A stretch of DNA of 64,000 nucleotides from Eledone cirrhosa (taxonomy: Eukaryota): the NCBI GenBank assembly GCA_964016885.1, contig OZ024748.1, positions 2,356,001 through 2,420,000 on the forward strand, in the 5' to 3' direction. The notes under the pieces are model-generated. The model was not told the origin of the DNA and made no database searches. It saw nothing but the letters and a program-made list of their open reading frames with translations. The first letter of the stretch is position 1. Every line of letters begins with the position of its first letter. The position numbers and the translations under genes were made by a program. Positions 60,246-64,000 of the stretch are shown here, piece after piece.

Positions 60246-60869
60246 ACCTACATACATTCATACAGTACATTCATACATACATGCATACATATATATACAC
60301 ACATACACACACACATATATATATACATATATATATACATAGATACAGTATACACACACACATATACACATACACACATATACATACATACATGTAGTGC
60401 ACCTGAGCACTGTACACAATAATTTCATTTATTATTTTTTTAAGCAATTATCCCAGTGTATTAAAGTACCAGTAATACAATGGGATAATTGCTGGCCTTG
60501 TGCCAAAAGTAGAAACAATTATTTTTTTTTTTTCGATATACATACATTGAGGCCATTAACCTATATCTATAAATTACATATTTATCTACACACATACAAA
60601 TAACACAAATATACATTCCATTTAAAATCTCACTCCAGACAAAGAAACAAAACTATTTCAAACCTTTTCTTCAGTTAAAATCTTCCACAAACATGCCCAG
60701 ACATATTTTATAAGATGTTTAAAGATACCTTATCAACATTGTCACATCAAAAGTTGATGTCACAGGCCAAGGATTTCTAGCTTTTTTTGTTTGTTTTGTT
60801 TCCTTTTGTTTGTGTTTTTTTGTCCTTTTGCAGTGGTTGATTGTGGGTATGCCCATGTGTATACATATA

Positions 60870-61440
60870 TGCATAGACGATAGCTGTATAAAAAAGTGTA
60901 GGGCGATCAAAATAGACGGTAGCCACGGAGTAGGCAGACCCAGAAAAACCTGGGACGACTTGATAAATTCCAACCTCACACATTACACCTCTCCAAGACA
61001 ATGTCACTGGACCGAGATCTTTGGCACTACGTAGTAATACAGAAGACCAGCCTTGCCTTAGTGCAAAGCGAAACCTACAGTCAGTAGGCACCTCTAACAA
61101 AAATACACCCCCGTCCCACTACCCCTACCCCCATCCACACCACCCCTTTCAATGTAAAGTTATGTTGGTACCACAACATCCAGTCCTAAACAAATGAGGT
61201 CGTGTAGGTGTCACGACAAAAAAAACACACAGTCCACGCTGTAATGTGGCCGTGTAGGTAACACGGTAAAAACCTCCCAGTCCACACTGTAAACATGGTT
61301 GGTGTTGGGAAGGGCATCCAGCTGTAGATAACCCGCCAGACAGTCCTATACGAGCAAGACAACCAATCTTGCCTCAAGTGGGAAAATTCCCGTCAAGACC
61401 CATGCAAGCATGGAAGATGGAGGTTAAACGATGATGACGA

Positions 61441-61443
<3 letters not shown>
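60870..61443 (+). mobile_element. RTE LINE 3' end
   Basis: Near-identical to 43900-44470. Confidence 0.88.
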
Positions 61444-61481
<38 letters not shown>

Positions 61482-61940
61482 CATACATAGAGAGAGAGAG
61501 AGAACCTTATATGGTGGATGTGTTGGTAACATGAGATGCGTGTACATGTGTGTGTGTATATCATCATCATCATCATTTTACGTCCACTTTTCCCTGCTTG
61601 CAAGGGTAGGACGGGAACTGATTCTGGCTTGATTTCTACAGTTGGATGCCCTTCCTAACACCAACCTCATTTACAGTGAGTGCTGGGTGCTTTTTTGCCG
61701 TGGCACCTCCACGACCACTTTACATCTCATTTCTACAGCTGAGTAAACTGGAGCAATGTGAAATAAAGTGTCTTGCTCAAGGAAACAACACATCACCCAG
61801 TCTGAGAATTGAACTCACAACCTTTCGATTGCAAGGCCAATGCTCTAACCACTAAGCCATGTGCCTCCATATATATATATATATACACACACACACAAGA
61901 TATTAAACAAATGGAAACTATATTTATAAAACGATATTTA

Positions 61941-62001
61941 TTTTATTATATATATTTCAAGGGCCACCAAGACAACATTGGTACGCTTTCATCAGATAAA
62001 A
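61941..62001 (-). ncRNA. Minimal type I hammerhead ribozyme motif, core intact
   Basis: UUUUAU-CUGAUGA-AAG.UACCAA..UUGGUG.CUU-GAAA-UAUAUA-UA-AUAAAA. Confidence 0.68.
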
Positions 62002-62296
62002 TACAAAGTTTGTTTTATAAATATAGATAGAGACATACCCATTAAAATCATACCTTATCGGTTGGAAATTCATTGGATATTTACTCCAGTAATCTGTTGA
62101 GTGCTCTAAATCAGTTATAAACATTTATGTTTGTCGGACTTCCAACAAATTAAATACAACTTCTACTTATATATATTTGTGTATTATTCTATGTACTATA
62201 TTGACGAGTTGTAGTGCACCTGAGCACTTTACACAATAATTTCATTATTATTATTATATATATATATATAGTTATGTAATAAATAAGATAATTATT

Positions 62297-62351
62297 TCAT
62301 TTACCAGTGGTTTCTTGAAGACAGATACTTATGTCTGTCTTCATTCATCAG
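62297..62351 (-). ncRNA. Hammerhead motif with 10-bp stem II; 5' strand of stem I replaced by (TA)n
   Basis: CUGAUGA-A-UGAAGACAGA..UCUGUCUUCA-A-GAAA-CCA-C-UGG-UA. Confidence 0.7.
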
Positions 62352-62711
62352 ATATATATATATATAAGTTTATCCCGGGTTCAATTGGGGGTAACCACAG
62401 TTAGTAAGGTACTCAATACAAAGCAGAGTATAAATATATATAGAAGGAGCTTCTGATGATTTTCTGAATATATATATAAGAGCTTCCTGATGATTTCTCA
62501 TGAATGAAACAATTCTAGTCCTGTAGAAGCTTTTCTTTATATACACATATATACATACATACATATATATATAGTTCAAGGAAACAACAAAACAGAGGTA
62601 CAAAAAAATCTTATTAGTTTCACGCTTTATATGGGAAAGAAAGTCCGATGTGTCGGTCTTCAGCCCTTCTTCGGGATTACAAAAGTAAAGACAGGATCAC
62701 AAAGGACACAG

Positions 62712-63768
62712 AAAATAGAGGTAGTCTATAGTAAAAATAGAGGTAGTCTGTAGTAAAAATAGAGGTAGTCTGTAGTAAAAATAGAGGTAGTCTGTAGTAA
62801 AAATAGAGGTAGTCTGTAGTAAAAATAGAGGTAGTCTGTAGTAAAAATAGAGGTAGTCTGTAGTAAAAATAGAGGTAGTCTGTAGTAAAAATAGAGGTAG
62901 TCTGTAGTAAAAATAGAAGTAGTCTGTAGTAAAAATAGAAGTAGTCTGTAGTAAAAATAGAGGTAGTCTGTAGTAAAAATAGAGGTAGTCTATAGTAAAA
63001 ATAGAGGTAGTCTGTAGTAAAAATAGAGGTAGTCTGTAGTAAAAATAGAGGTAGTCTGTAGTAAAAATAGAGGTAGTCTGTAGTAAAAATAGAGGTAGTC
63101 TGTAGTAAAAATAGAGGTAATCTGTAGTAAAAATAGAGGTAGTCTGTAGTAAAAATAGAGGTAGTCTGTAGTAAAAATAGAGGTAGTCTGTAGTAAAAAT
63201 AGAGGTAGTCTGTAGTAAAAATAGAGGTAGTCTGTAGTAAAAATAGAGGTAATCTGTAGTAAAAATAGAGGTAGTCTGTAGTAAAAATAGAGGTAGTCTG
63301 TAGTAAAAATAGAGGTAGTCTGTAGTAAAAATAGAGGTAATCTGTAGTAAAAATAGAGGTAGTCTGTAGTAAAAATAGAGGTAGTCTGTAGTAAAAATAG
63401 AGGTAATCTGTAGTAAAAATAGAGGTAGTCTGTAGTAAAAATAGAGGTAGTCTGTAGTAAAAATAGAGGTAGTCTGTAGTAAAAATAGAGGTAGTCTGTA
63501 GTAAAAATAGAGGTAGTCTGTAGTAAAAATAGAGGTAATCTGTAGTAAAAATAGAGGTAGTCTGTAGTAAAAATAGAGGTAGTCTGTAGTAAAAATAGAG
63601 GTAATCTGTAGTAAAAATAGAGGTAGTCTGTAGTAAAAATAGAGGTAATCTGTAGTAAAAATAGAGGTAGTCTGTAGTAAAAATAGAGGTAGTCTGTAGT
63701 AAAAATAGAGGTAGTCTGTAGTAAAAATAGAGGTAGTCTGTAGTAAAAATAGAGGTAGTCTGTAGTAA
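62712..63768. repeat. 22-bp minisatellite, about 48 copies (AAAAATAGAGGTAGTCTGTAGT)
   Basis: Highly homogeneous tandem array with no spacers. Confidence 0.97.
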
Positions 63769-64000
63769 AAAAAAATAAAAATATTGAAAGTAGACAAGAC
63801 AAACTGTTAGGTAGTTTTGGTAATGATTTTGAAACACAAAGTGAAATGTGTGTGTCAGTGTATGTTTAAATGTGATAGAACCCTACATGGTGGGTGTGTT
63901 GGTGACATGACAAGTGTGTGCATATATATATATATGTGTGTGTGTAAAAAGATTCAGATCCCCGACGGCTGAACTCCGGGTGTTTCGACAGCTAGATCCG

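Noticed and set aside
62677-63837. CRISPR-like array or 386-aa repeat protein
   Set aside because: Head-to-tail 22-bp minisatellite with no unique spacers and no cas genes, in a eukaryotic context. The same holds for 25058-25257 and 49570-50900.

Overview
AT-rich, microsatellite- and SINE-dense animal genomic DNA; the repeat landscape suggests an octopod cephalopod (inference, not proven from sequence). Two convergent spliced genes are present. An MDH1B-like malate dehydrogenase 1B gene lies on + (5 coding exons, 3686-9201). A UDP-glucose pyrophosphorylase gene (UGP2) lies on - (14 coding exons, 42498 down to 15842, 497 codons plus stop; start exon not located; candidate CCAAT promoter near 48850). 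UGP2 contains a clear U12-type AT-AC intron (32249-34961). The rest is mobile DNA: a near-complete CR1-clade LINE whose AUG-less ORF2 overlaps ORF1 at a G-GGA-AAC slippery site, RTE LINEs with a PHD-like finger, a twin-primed 5'-inverted LINE, paired Tx1-like LINEs in an (ACCT)n tract, a CRE-like fragment expanded into a 51-bp minisatellite, tRNA-derived SINEs, MITEs, satellites and a 5S rRNA pseudogene. The strongest unexplained signal is about 10 hammerhead-ribozyme (HHR) motifs in short Penelope-like elements. Alongside them are several long fold-back palindromes whose axis sits on the ribozyme stem II or core. All alignments and folds were done by eye, and comparisons to human proteins are from memory.
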